From NCBI GenBank assembly GCA_964016885.1, contig OZ024746.1, forward strand, positions 97,278,001 through 97,342,000: a stretch of DNA of 64,000 nt, given 5' to 3'. The position numbers and the translations under genes were made by a program. Under the pieces are notes generated by a model. The model ran no database searches, was not told where the DNA came from, and worked only from the letters and a program-made list of their open reading frames with translations. This DNA comes from Eledone cirrhosa (lineage: Eukaryota). Shown here piece after piece: positions 24,285-36,983 of this stretch (its first letter is position 1; each line of letters begins with the position of its first letter).

Positions 24285-24561
24285 CTTCATTGGCTGCTAA
24301 AGAACAGTGGTGAATTTCACCACTACTAAAATTCATAACATGGCTATAAAAATATTCATTTACATGAACATTTCATATATTATTCAATATACAACACATC
24401 ATATTGCTATGTCAGAGCATTAATACTTCTTATATATATATATATGTATATGTGTATGCATGTATATATATATATTTATATGTGTATGCATGTATATATA
24501 TATGTATAAGTGTATGTATGTATATATACATGTATACGTGTATGTATGTATATATATATAT

Positions 24562-24973
24562 ATTGCAATCGAAAGGTTGTAAGTTCAATTCTCTGACCGG
24601 GTGATGTGTTGTTTCCTTGAGCAAGACACTTTATTTCACATTGCTCCAGTTTACTCAGCCGTAGAACTGAGATGATAGGACTGGGGTCCCTATCATTCCA
24701 CTGCAAAGTGGTCGTGGAGGTGCCACGACAAAAAAGCACCCAGCCCACACTGTAAAGTAGATGTGTAGGCACCACAGAAAATAAAGCACCCAGGACTCAC
24801 TGTAAATGAGGTTGGTGTTAGGAAAGGTATCTAGCTGTAGAAATCAAGCCAGAATCAGTTCCTGTAGGAGAAAGACAAGGTCAGCCAATGGACACTGCCC
24901 ACAACAGGACAACCCATCTAACCCATGCTAGCGCGCGGAAGAATGGACGTAAGACGGTGATGATGATGATGAT
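24562..24973 (+). mobile_element. Chimeric SINE: family A head and CORE with the RTE-A 3' UTR and tail
   Basis: 5' part matches SINE A; ends acaacaggacaacccatctaacccatgctagcgcgcggaagaatggacgtaag(GAT)n like RTE-A. Confidence 0.85.
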
Positions 24974-24979
24974 ATACAG

Positions 24980-25015
<36 letters not shown>

Positions 25016-25039
25016 ATATATCATATTTAATATAGAAAT

Positions 25040-25091
25040 GGCTTCTACAGGATTAGAACTGTTTCTATCAAATGAAATCATCAGAAAAGCC
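25040..25091 (-). ncRNA. Type-I hammerhead candidate (H1) in fold-back 25021-25150
   Basis: ggctttt CTGATGA tttcatttgata GAAA cagttctaatcctg TA gaagcc. The mirror arm lacks CTGATGA. Confidence 0.75.
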
Positions 25092-26221
25092 CTTTCGTTT
25101 GAATGAAACAGTTCTAGTCCTGTAGAAGCCATTTCTAGATTAAATATGATATTTAAATTCTACTAATGTATTGAGGACCTTACTTACTATGGTTACCCTC
25201 GATTAAACCCAGCAGGACTTACAATATATTTATACGAGGTTTCTCCCAAAAGTAAGAGTACTGATTTTCTTATGTAAGTGGTAAAGCAGCATCGCAATGC
25301 ATATAGGCATGTTGGTTATTACCTTGACTCCAGATACATATTTCTTTCAACATGATTGATTGAGCCAGTTGTGAGTTATTGCTGTTTATGAACAGGTGTG
25401 TTTATAACCTCTGTTACATTTGCAATGCAGGAAAATATCAAATAACGGTACTCAATCAAATTTTGTGTGAAACTTAGCAAATCTGCCATTGAAACAATTA
25501 ATTCATTAACACAAGTGGCACCAAATTTTCAAAGGAAATGAAGAAAATGTTGAAGTGGTGCAAGTACTGATGGGGAAAGATTGCCGATTAAGTGTTAGGA
25601 TGATTATAAAAGAAACAGGTTTGGATAAAGATGCAGTTCACAGAATTTTAACAGACCATTTGCACAAATTTGTGCAAAACCAGTGCTGCCAAAGTTTATA
25701 TGGTCATACAAATTTGGCACTATTTGCTCATAATCTGAGTTTTTTTTGTTATCTCATCTGGATTTTTTTTTTTTTTGTATGTTTTAGAGATTTACTTGTT
25801 TTGTAAATTTGGCTTAATTGATATTCTAAAATCACCATTTAATAATTTACTATTTATCAGTTATAATGACTTTTACATTGAGAAGCTATCCAGTAAATGT
25901 ATTTGCCCATCAGACCTCACCTGACATCAATACTCTTCTGTATATTATTTCAAATCAGCTAACCATCTTCTGTATCATCCTGGCAGACAATAATGGTTTC
26001 TTATATAGGCACAAGGCCAGCAATTCTGGGGGAAGGAAAGTCGATTTAAAAAAGTGAATATAGAACATCGTTCTGATAGTGACAAAAATGACGCTCCTCA
26101 GCAGAAAAAAACTGAAATCCATTTGCTATGAAAGAAAAGTTCCATCAAAATTATTAAACGATGAGAAATCTTCATCGTCATTGGAATTGAGTAAAAAGAA
26201 TGTAAGTAAAGAATGTAAGTA

Positions 26222-26615
26222 AATTGTGAGATAGTTGGTAGTTTAAGTCAAGGCTACTGTAACCTGTGTAATTGTGAGATAGTTGATAGTTTAAGTCAAG
26301 GCTACTGTAAACTGTGTAATTGTGAGATAGTTGGTAGTTTAACCCTTTACCATTTACATTACTCTATATATACTATTATATTTTCATGGTAAAGGCTTTA
26401 CTTCACATAATTTTCACAGAATATTGAATCTATGAGATTTTGATATAATTTGTTTTGAGAACAATACCTTAACATCAGTATGAGGGCCCAGTTAGGGTCG
26501 GTTTGAACAGAAAGAGGTGAGAGAATTCTGGCCGGATACGGTTGGTTTAAATGCTAAAGGGTTAAGTAAAGATTACTCTAAATTGTGCAATTGTGAGATA
26601 GCTGGTAGCTTAAGC
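26222..26615. repeat. 48-bp tandem repeat (about 3.5 units), third unit interrupted by a P1 MITE
   Basis: aattgtgagatagttggtagtttaagtcaaggctactgtaa at 26222, 26270 and 26318; resumes after 26565. Confidence 0.85.
26343..26561 (+). mobile_element. P1 MITE with demonstrable TTAA target duplication
   Basis: The neighbouring repeat units show the empty site with a single TTAA. Confidence 0.9.
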
Positions 26616-27010
26616 CAAATTTTGAGGCACGAAGAGACAGAAACACATCAATAGAACATGAAAGTAGCGAAACAATCAATGAAGGTGACAGATTTCATAA
26701 AGTTTACTCAATGTTCTGCTCACTTAATGAAAATAGCATTAGCTGAGCTGAAACTGTGCCAATTTTTTGCTGAACACAACCTACCCATTGCTATTTTGGA
26801 TCATTTTTGGCCTTACTGCCAACATATGCTCTAATTAAAAAATAGCCAACATCCTCAAGTGTGCAAGAACTAAAGGAACTTGCATTTTTTTCAAATGCTC
26901 TCAATCATTTATTGTCTAAGTTAAATTCAGCAATGTTTTCCCTTATTGTATATGAAACAACAGACATTCCCATCAGCAAGCAACTTGTTCTAGCAGCTTG
27001 TTCTATGTCC
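26615..27010 (+). pseudogene. hAT-type transposase relic
   Basis: AELKLCQFFAEHNLPIAILDH ... FSLIVYETTDIPISKQLVL, resembling the FSLxxDETTD motif. Confidence 0.7.
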
Positions 27011-27246
27011 AGCTCCTGGTTGGGTTGTTATTTCTCAGAGAAATAACAACCCAACCAGGAGCTGGACATATCGGAGTAATTGACGGAGTAAAACACTTTA
27101 TCAACATGTGTACCTGTTTCTACCACACCAATTCAGACTGCTTGAAGAGGTCACAGCCAATGATGACTGTCACCGAAATATATATAGCAGTACACCTTTA
27201 ATAAACGAAGCCAAATTTTAAATATTTGACTTAATTACTTTATTAT

Positions 27247-27283
<37 letters not shown>

Positions 27284-28449
27284 AACATATATTTGAGAAA
27301 ATGGTTTTGGTAGCCTTGCACAAAACTAGTGCCCAAACACTTGTCTGTGGATCAAAAAACGAACCGGTTGGAAATTTGTCAGGATTTGCTAGAAAAACTT
27401 GAAATTGAGTAAAATTTCTTGGATGGAATAATAAGAGGAGATGAATCTTGGGGTTTTTATTTACAATCAAGAGAAAAAAATGGCAAAGTAAGGAGTGACA
27501 CACACAAAATTCACCTTGTATAAAGAAAGCATGCATGAGCAGATCCAGGATGAAAATGATGATTATCATTAATTTTGATAGCTGTGGTATTGTTCACAAA
27601 GAAGTTTTACCTCCAGAACAGACAGTTAATTGCCCCTTCTACAAAGATGTCTTGGAACGATTTTGAAAATGGGTCCAGCAAGTCCGAAAGGATATTGCAA
27701 GAGATGGGGTACTGAAGCACGTTAATGCGCTTGCTCCCACAGCACTTTCAATTAAAGAAAAACATTCTCCCTCTTCCACATCCTTCCTATAGCCCAGATC
27801 TACTTCTTCCCTAAGTTGAAATCGAAGTTGAAGGGTTATCATATTGGGACTGTAGAAAACATACAAAAGATTGTAACCGATGATCTAAGAACACTCAGAG
27901 AAAATGACTTCTAGTACTGCTACGATCAATGGAAAAACGTTGGAATGACCGTGACTTCTCAAGGGTCATATTTTGAAAGGGATAACTTGTAATTTCATGT
28001 ACGTCATTTGAAAGGGATAACTTGTAATTTCATGTACATTTAAATAAAACATCAGCACTCTTACTTTTGGGACAAAAGAATATATGATTTTATTAGATTT
28101 CTTTTTACTGTTTAGTCAGAGAGGAATGGACAGGATTCCTGGGAAACTCAATGATATAAATGTTTACAAGTATTTAGTTTCATAATTCTATATTCAATGT
28201 TCAAATCCCACCAGGGCCAGCTTAGTCTTTCAATCCATCCTGCTTGATAAAAAACATAAGAAGTACTTAGCATGTACTGGGTTTTACCCAATCGATTATA
28301 CATGTTCTCTTCTATATATGGCCTTGTGTCAATGGGGAAAACATCTAGATTGCATATGTTCCTGGTACATTTAATGGTTATATGATCTATCATCATCATC
28401 ATCCTTTATTTGAATTTCTACCTTAGCTATGTATTTATGTGATATGTTT

Positions 28450-29100
28450 GAGATTATTGTATTTATATTCTATGATGAAAACTTTGTTGAATTCCCACCA
28501 TGATATAGAAACGTAAATGCTTCTCATGTTTTCTTTCCATTTGTTGTTGATTCTCACTCTCAGTGTTTCCAGCTACTGTAATATCAATGACTTCACATAT
28601 TCCTAGCTTTTTATCAATTACAACAATATCTGCAGCCATACTGTTACGTAGACATTCATTTGATTTTGTGAAGATCATGAAGAATGTTGATGTCATTTAA
28701 CTCAATTATATGAATCAAATGGTGTTCCTTTTATTTTCTTTGCTTTCTGAAATTCTATACTTAGCATGTAGTCCCCAATACACAATCTGTGTAACAATGT
28801 AGTGTGTTCTTTTATATTCTTTTGAGCTAGGTTAACTTATAACATTCAATTATCAAACGTGATACACTTTCTATCTTCTCCCTACACTATGTACATAGAT
28901 ATTTACAGCTATTAACTAAATGGAATTCACTATTGTTTACTCCCAAAGCTTATTTCTGTACTACAAACATCAGTGTAGCTAACTAATCAATAATCTTCCT
29001 CGTTTGATACAGAGTTATATAAATCCTACTGGCAGTACTTTTATGGTGGAAGTTATTTTCATTTACAGTCTGCTCTTCTTTATTCCCCATTAGAGGCGTC
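28450..29100 (-). mobile_element. R4/Dong-type (REL endonuclease) LINE relic
   Basis: C..CREKIESVS..IIEC..LAQK.YKRTH..V.QIVYWGLHAK zinc-knuckle region, then DIVVIDKKLGICEVIDITV. Confidence 0.7.
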
Positions 29101-30035
29101 CCTACACCTCAAAAGAGACATGGCATATTTGATTATGACAAAAGTTTAATTTCTTTCATCTAACATAGATTACTTTTGTATATGCATTAACTCAAACTAC
29201 TTACTATCAATTTTGTTATATTTTCTACAACTCATATAATAACTTTTTATTCTATTATCCCCGGAATATGGAATGATATCATGATTTTTCTATAGCCACA
29301 TAGTTGACAAATGCCATTAAAAGTAATAAGTTATGTATTAGTAGTATTGTAGCAGTAAGTTATTTATTAGTGGTAAGTTCTTAATTCATTTTATCTTTCT
29401 GCTATATCCATTGTGCTCTGATATTGTATTTCTAGATATTTTTATATATATCATCTGTCAAAATATGTGAAGACCATCTACATCAATGGCATGCAGGCGA
29501 TTAGTTAGAAATTATCTGCTACATTGCATTTGTTTGGGTCTGTCAAGTATTGAACTGTCCTACTTAGAAAAACCATTGCCAAAATTGGATTACATTGACA
29601 CATAATATATAATTTAGTTCTTTACTAATTCTTATGAGGAAGAAGATAACTTACTTTCAAGCAATATTGTTGCATACATCAATACAGGAGATATTTTAGT
29701 TTCGTAGTTTTATACCACAAATCATTAGCTGAGCTTTTTTTTTTATTACAGAGGTTTGGCAGAGTTGTTAGTGTGTCAAATTAAATAGCTTATTCTGGTT
29801 CACTGCAATCTGAGTTCAAATCCAATTGAGATCAATTTTGATGGTGAGATTTTACACAGTTTCTGCCAAACAATCACTCACAAGGTATTGGTTAACTCAA
29901 AGCTATAGCAAAAAACACTTGCTCAAGGTGTCTTGCAGAAGGACTGAGTAGAATAGAACATAGTTGCCAGGCAAACCACAGAGCTATGCCTGGATTGCTG
30001 TACATATAGTTGTTATGAAAATGCTTCATACTTTA

Positions 30036-30376
30036 ACCCTTTCCTTACTAACTCAGCCAAAATCAGCTCTGGTTCTATAAAATTTTTCCATTTTAAATTA
30101 AAATCCTCCTACATAATTTTATATAATAAGTTACTAATATTAAGTTACTATCTTAGTAATGAAATAATTAATAATTTAAGTAAAGATTTCCAATTTAAGT
30201 TAAAGTAAAGATTTTCAATTCAAATTAAAATCTTCCAACATAATTTTATATAAGAACCTTACATTAAGTTACTATCTTAGTAATGAAATAATTAGTAATT
30301 TTAGTAAATCCCACAAAATTCTTCATTAATTAATCAAAATAGAGTGTATTACATTAGAAATGCCGTCATGAAAGGG
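30036..30376. mobile_element. Second TTAA MITE family (P2) with internal duplication
   Basis: TTAA|CCCTTTCC ... GAAAGGG|TTAA. Confidence 0.7.
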
Positions 30377-30523
30377 TTAATGTTTTGCTCTATCATTCCG
30401 TTAAATAGTTATCCCTACTCTTTTTATTATTTAATTCACCTCACACCCCTGTAACCAATCATGTTGTTGGCATGCTTTATATTACAATATGTATCTTTGA
30501 TTTTGGTGTACACTACTAATTAA

Positions 30524-30734
30524 TCCTTTAACATTTACATTACTCAATATTTACTATTGTATTTTCATGGTAATCACAAAATTATCTCACATAATATCAA
30601 ATCTACGAGATTTTGATATTATTTATTTTAAGAATAATACCTTAACATAAGTATGAGTGGTCAGTTACAGCTGGTTTGAACTGAAAGAGGTGAGAGAACT
30701 ATGGCCGGATATGGCTGGTTTAAATACTAAAAGG
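30524..30734 (+). mobile_element. P1 MITE
   Basis: TTAA flanks; body homologous to the other P1 copies. Confidence 0.85.
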
Positions 30735-30851
30735 TTAAGGTAAGTTTCCTCTATGTTCATTCTAGCCTAAATCTTTTATATAACATATACGTGTGTGTGT
30801 TAGTGAATGTGTGAACATCCATAACATGTTTGTAAATATATATATATATAT

Positions 30852-31105
30852 CATCATCATCATCATCATCGTTTAACGTCCATGTTCCACGCTTGCATGG
30901 GTTTGGACGGGAGTTTTCCCACTTGAGGCAAGAGTGATTGTCTTGCTCGCATAGGACTGTCTGGCGGGTTTTCTACAGCTGGATGCCCTTCCTAACACCA
31001 ACCACATTTACAGTGTGGGGCTGGGAGGTTTTTACCGTGTTGCCTACACGGCCACATTACAGCGTGGACTGTGTGTTTTTTTGTCGTGACACCTACACGA
31101 TCTCA
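30852..31105 (-). mobile_element. RTE/SINE 3' tail fragment (RTE-B type)
   Basis: (CAT)n-cgtttaacgtcc...ggatgcccttcctaac; similar to 32250 and 57036. Confidence 0.75.
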
Positions 31106-31459
31106 TTTGTTTCGGCCTGGATGTTGTGGTACCAACGTAACTTTACATTGAAAGGGGCGGTGTGGATGGGGTGGGGGTGGTGTATATATATATATATATA
31201 TATATTTATTAAAATAACAGATTAAAGTTTAAGCAGAGAATCGCTGCTTTCACCCTTAACGGGATCTTCTGAAACTAAGAAAGTCAATCTGTGAAGGCAG
31301 AAGTGAATATTTCAAAAAACGTTGCAACCGGAGGAAGACAGGAAGACGATACTTTGGATTTTAGTCTTCAAATTTATTATTATTACTATATATATATATA
31401 TATATATATAGTGCTGACGAAACATAAGTCAATTACATGAACTCATAATCCTTTATTTG

Positions 31460-31513
31460 CTGCTATATATATTTTGATGATAGCCATTGAATGGCTATGA
31501 CCTCATCAGGCAG
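31460..31513 (-). ncRNA. Decayed hammerhead (family H6), GAAA>AAAA
   Basis: ctgc CTGATGA ggtc-atagccat-tca-atggctat-catc AAAA tatata TA gcag; long stem II and palindromic stem III. Confidence 0.55.
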
Positions 31514-31600
31514 TTACTCAGCTCTTAGATATGCCAGCTCTGTGTTTATGGTGTTGATGGTATCAGAGCCTAGGGACATATATCTATATATCCTATATAT

Positions 31601-31685
<85 letters not shown>

Positions 31686-31762
31686 TTCTTACAGGCGTAG
31701 TGAATTCATTTATTTTAATTTACTTTTCATACATTTGTTTATCTATATTTACATATATATAT

Positions 31763-32016
31763 TGTTATACTTTGGGAGGGTCATGTTGCCAATAAGAAAC
31801 ACACGCACAAGTTGCTTTCACTTCAATTTATTATAATAAATTTATAAATTTAGGAATTTATAAATTTCCGGTTGGTTGGTTGGTTCCACAACCAGATGAT
31901 TGTTTATATATTGTCAAAGTTCTTTCATCACACATTCTGTGACCTCTTCAGTTACTGGGGATTCTTTTCTCTTCTTCTCTTTGTTTTTGTGTCTCTCCTT
32001 TGTTCTGTCCTACGCC
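31763..32016 (-). mobile_element. Partial copy of the 39637-39992 element
   Basis: Reverse-complement homology, including the terminal tgttatactttgggagggtcatg. Confidence 0.85.
31913..31955 (-). ncRNA. Hammerhead candidate (family H7)
   Basis: gtaa CTGAAGA g-gtcaca-gaatg-tgtgat GAAA gaac TT tgac. Confidence 0.55.
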
Positions 32017-32249
32017 TTAAACCTAGCGGAGACCAACCCTCTCCAGGTCTGAACACTGCCGATTTTTTGTATAGAGGAAGAATCCACCCAGTACTGGACT
32101 GGTACTTTTTTTATCAACCTTGGAAGGATGAAAGGCAAAGTTGACCTCTGCAGAATTTGATCTCAGAGTGCACAATGAGGTGGGATGAATACCGTATAGC
32201 ATTCTATCTGACGTCTTAACTCTGCCAAATTGCTCTTTATATATATATA

Positions 32250-32785
32250 TCATCATCATCATCATCATCATCATCTTCGTTTAACGTCCGTTTTCCACGC
32301 TAGCATGGGTTAGACGGGAGTTTTCCCACTTGAGGCAAGGCTGGTCGGGTAACCATGTCTCGCTCATATAGTACTTTCTGGTAGGTTTTCTACGGCTGGA
32401 TGCTCTTCCTAACACCAACCACATTTAAAGTGTGGAACTGGGAACTTTTTACCGTGTTACCTACACGGCCACATTACAGAGTGGACTGTGTGTGTTTTTT
32501 ATCGTGACACCTACACGAACTCGATCTCATTTTCTCGTGCTGTTGGTGGGAGTGGGAGGATAGGGTAGGGGTAGTAGATTGGGGTTTATATTTGGTTAAG
32601 AGCTGACTGTAGGTTTCGCTTTGTACATAGGCAAGGCAGGTCTTCTGTATTACTGCGTAGCGCCAAAGGTCTCGGTCCAGAGACATTGTCTTAGAGAGAT
32701 GTAAGTGTTTGAGGTCGGAATTTATCAGATCATCCCAGGTTTTTCTGGGTCTACCTACTCCGTAACTACCATCAATTTTGATCGC
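32250..32785 (-). mobile_element. RTE-B 3' end
   Basis: Minus strand GRPRKTWDDLINSDLKHLHLSKTMSLDRDLWRYAVIQKT; (CAT)n on the + strand. Confidence 0.85.
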
Positions 32786-33158
32786 CCTCCGTGACCTCTG
32801 GCATCATGCAGTAATACAGAAGACCCAACTTCCCACAGGAACAAGCTGAAACTGAAGCATATAGACAATATGCCCCCACACACTCCCACTGCAAGGTGGT
32901 CATGGAGGTGCCACGGCAAAAAAGCACCCAGCCCCCACTGTAAAGTGGACGTGGAGGCGCTACGGAAAAAAGCACCCAGCACTCACTGTAAATGAGGTTG
33001 GTGTTAGGAAGAGCATCCAGCTGTAGAAATCAAGCCAGAATCAGTTCCCGTATGAGCAAGACATGGTCAGCCGACCGGACACAGCCCACAACAGGACAAC
33101 CCATCTAACCCATGCTAGCATGGAAGAACGGACGTAAAATGGTGATGATGATGATGAT
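32786..33158 (+). mobile_element. RTE-A 3' end
   Basis: Homologous to 10568-10929; (GAT)n tail. Confidence 0.88.
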
Positions 33159-34021
33159 ATATATGCATATATATATATTTATGTGTGTATATATGTATAT
33201 AAATATATATACATACATATATATATTTATGTGTATCTATGTATATATACACACACACACATATATATGTATTCATGTGTGTATATATATATAAACATAT
33301 ATATTTATGTGTATAAGTATATACACCCCCCCACCCACACACACACACAAAATAACATATATATATATATATATATATACATATTACATCAGTAAAGTCT
33401 AGCATCTTTTATACTACGGCCATAAATGCAAAGATAATTTAATAACTTATATCATTTGGACTTGAAATAATTTGCAGACAGTTGTAGTGAGTATGGAACA
33501 GTGATGAGGACAATGAGGATGCTGATGTTGCTGATGTTGCTGATGCTGTTGATGTTTTATTTTTGTTCCTACTGTTGTTGTCATAGTGAACTGTCTGGCA
33601 ATGATCAAATAATATTTGAGTAGCTTCTTTAGTGTTATGCACAAAGATAATTAAACATTCTCTTGGATGATAAAAGAGAGTGTTTCACTATAGTATCAAT
33701 AATGGTATTAAACCATTGTTTTCACACACTTGTTACTGGCATACATAGTTGTGTGGTTTGTGGTTCAATCCCATTGGGTAGGACTTTTCACAAGATAGAA
33801 TAAGGGAGCATTTGCTCCGGGCCCCCTGCAGTAATTTCATTTGAGTTTTTACTGCATTATTTTGGTGTACCTTTATGTACTTGGGAGTTGGTTCTGTATC
33901 ATCTTCTTATATTTGTGTATGTTGAGAAAATTCTGAATTCAGAATATAAAGAGCCAGAAGAAATACTGTAAAGTATTTTCATCAATGCTTTAACAATTCT
34001 GCCAATCTGCTGTTTACATAA

Positions 34022-34212
34022 TAATTGTTTCTACTTTTGGCACAGGCCAGCAATTACCCCAGTGCATTACCGGTGCTTTATTTTATTGACTCCATAACAC
34101 TGAAAGGCAAAGTTAACCTCAGTGGGATTTGAACTCAGAACATAAAGAGCCATAACTCTATGCTGCAAAGCATGTTGTCTGATGCTCTACCGATACTGCT
34201 AATTCATCACTC
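34022..34212 (-). mobile_element. SINE family B
   Basis: gaaaggcaaagttaacctcagtgggatttgaactcagaac... Confidence 0.8.
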
Positions 34213-35499
34213 TCTATTTACTTAATAATAAACATCGATGATGATGATGATAATGATGATGTATACATTGAAATACTTTTGATTTTTCATTATTAGTTTT
34301 CAAAATAACATCAAGTATAAAAATTGATTTAGAATCGAGTGATATTTACATTTAAGGATCCTTATCAGAAGAAAACAGTTTTCCCATTTCCAAACATAAA
34401 ATGCAATCAACCTAAATTACTGTTTTCTTTTTAAGGCAATTCACTTTGTTAATATATCACTGAAGTAAACATGTTCTCATCTATCATCTCAATGCCTACA
34501 TTAAACCATATTGCCCTTTAGTTAATAGAACGCCAGGGGGAAAAAAAGAAAAAACATCTATTTCATGTCATAAAAAAAATAAAAGTTAAATGTTTGAATC
34601 TATAAGTGCTATATTTTTCTGAATTTCTAAAGTATAGAGATATTTTAGTCATACTAATTACTTTAGATGTACTTTAAACATACATTTAATCATACAAAAA
34701 CATTACTTTAGCTGTTTATTGGTCGGTTAAACTCAATTTTCCTGCTGAATTTTTTTATTACATTAAATAATATAATTAAATAGTGAAGAATACATTTTAT
34801 CATGACATCAGCACTAGAAGGGTTGTTATATCCTCTACAAAAAGCTGTCTTATTCAATTCTCAACCATTTTACAGAGTAAACTGGGTGCATTTTATCATA
34901 GCACCATCATTAAAGAGGTTATTTTGTCCTCACCATGACTAAGGTTATGACTAAATGATTCACAGTTTAATTCACTCTCAGTTGATTTTTTTTATTTTAT
35001 CACTGTATAAAGCCTAGTAGTTAAGGAGCTGAGCTTATGATTGCATGTTGTGTTCTTGGGCAAAAAACCTCATTTCATGTTGCTCCAACAAACTCAGCTG
35101 AGGTTGAACTAGGATGATTTAACTTTGTGATGTTTTCAGGTGAGTGATCTACTTAACTAAATAGAGAGGTAAGGGATCTATTTAATTAAATATTGACAGG
35201 TAAGTGACATTTGTAATTGATTAATGTTAACAGTTAAGTGCTCTGTTTAACTAATTAATGTTGGCAGGCAGAGGATATATCTTGTATTCATAAAAAAGAA
35301 AGCTACGTGGAACAACATAAGAACTTTTCAGACTTTTTCTTTTCAGACACTTTTAATTGATCTACATAACAACTGACATTCTAATACTTCCTCGATATGG
35401 TTACAATATGCTAACATGCCAAATTTTTTTTTTTTCCCTGGTTGTAGGTTCAGGCCACTACCTGTCATACATGTCTTGTCACAGATGACTGGTTCCACA

Positions 35500-36520
35500 A
35501 TACAATCAGGACGTGAGAACAACTTGGAGGCTCGATACTGCTCGATACACAATAAAGTTTTGTGTCAAACTCGGAAAAGCACTGCAAAATCTAATGAAAT
35601 AGTAAAAAATTGCTTACGGACTAACTTTCATGAGCCAGGCAACTGTTTTCTGCTGGTACAAGAGGCTCCAGTAGGGCAGGGAGCAGGTGATGGATGATGA
35701 GAAGTGTGGCATGGAGAAGGACATCAGGACACCAAATTCGATCAACAGAATTCACAAATTTCTGGACGAGGACCGTTGTGCATCTCTTCTGATGACTGTT
35801 AAATAATTTGAAGGAACTGAGGACACTGTGCACAGAGTTTGTTCCCAGGGTGCTCAATGAAAATCAAAGGCAGAGGCGCGTTGATGACAGCAGGGAGATG
35901 GTTAAGTGGATTGCTTTGAATCCAAGTGTCCTGGAGTGTCTGGTAACCTGTGACGAGAGCTGGCTCTACTGTTATCATCCAGAGACCAAGAGACAGAGTA
36001 CACAGTGGAACCATTTTGACTCTCCAAGACCCAAGAAGGCCATACAAAGCAGGTCCATTGGGAAGCTCATGATCGTCCCATTCTTCGACAACAAGGGCAT
36101 CATCTATATCCACAGGGTACCCAACGGCCAGACAGTCAGCAAAGAGTACTATGTATAGGTTTTGAGGCAGTTCAGAAAGAGATTTCATCACAAGAGACCA
36201 GAACACTTCAAGTCTGGTCAGTGGCACCTGCGTCAGGACAATGCCCTCTACCACAAATCTATCCCGGTGATCAACTATGATACTTGGCTGATATGGTGAC
36301 CAAGACTGTCAGCCATCCAGACTTAGCTCTATGCAACTTCTGAATGTTCCTGAAGCTGAAGAAGAAGCTCAAGGGTATCTCTTTGAGGGTGTGGAGGAGT
36401 TGAAGGAGGCTGTGACAAGTGTCCTGGACACCTTCATTTTGGATGACTTCCAGAAGTGGTTAGAATGCTACAACAAGTGCATTGAAGTTGGAGGACCCTA
36501 CTTTGAGAGAGACAGGAGTT
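35500..36520 (+). pseudogene. Degenerate mariner transposase
   Basis: FVPRVL, VTCDESWLYCYHPETKRQS, FFDNKGII, WHLRQDNA; multiple stops and frameshifts. Confidence 0.88.
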
Positions 36521-36707
36521 TTGCTCCATTACTTCAATATGATTGCCAGCCGACAGGCTGAGACCATGCTGGGGCTCCACCATTTTGTAGGGATCTGTTG
36601 AATAAATGTCTCTCTGATAAAAGTCTCTAATCCTCTTGAGTTTATATTTACATTCATGTTAACAACTGTTGCCGTCAGTGTTGTCATCATTGATGGTGGT
36701 GGTGGTG

Positions 36708-36949
36708 GCATCACCCCCCCCATCATCATCATCATCATAACCATCACCGCCATTACCATCATCATCATCATCATCATCACCATTATCATCACCATCACCA
36801 CCGTCATCATCATCATTATCTTCACCATCATCGTCACCATTATTATCATCATCATCATTATCATCACCACCACCACCACCACCATCACCACAATTATTAT
36901 CATCATCATCATCATCACCACCACCACCACTTCACCATTATCATCATCC

Positions 36950-36982
<33 letters not shown>
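36708..36982. repeat. (CAT/CAC)n trinucleotide tract
   Basis: Seen directly. Confidence 0.95.

Positions 36983-36983
<1 letters not shown>

Larger units (their letters stand above)
25235..28075 (+). mobile_element. Degenerate mariner split by a ~1.6-kb nested insert
   Basis: TIR cccaaaagtaagagtactgat / atcagcactcttacttttggg; 5' part IKFCVKL; 3' part GDESW...GIVHKEVLPPEQTVN. Confidence 0.75.

Noticed and set aside
33439-33644. His/Gln-rich ORF (MTTTVGTKIKHQQHQQ...)
   Set aside because: Driven by a 9-bp repeat; no convincing splice donor or homology.
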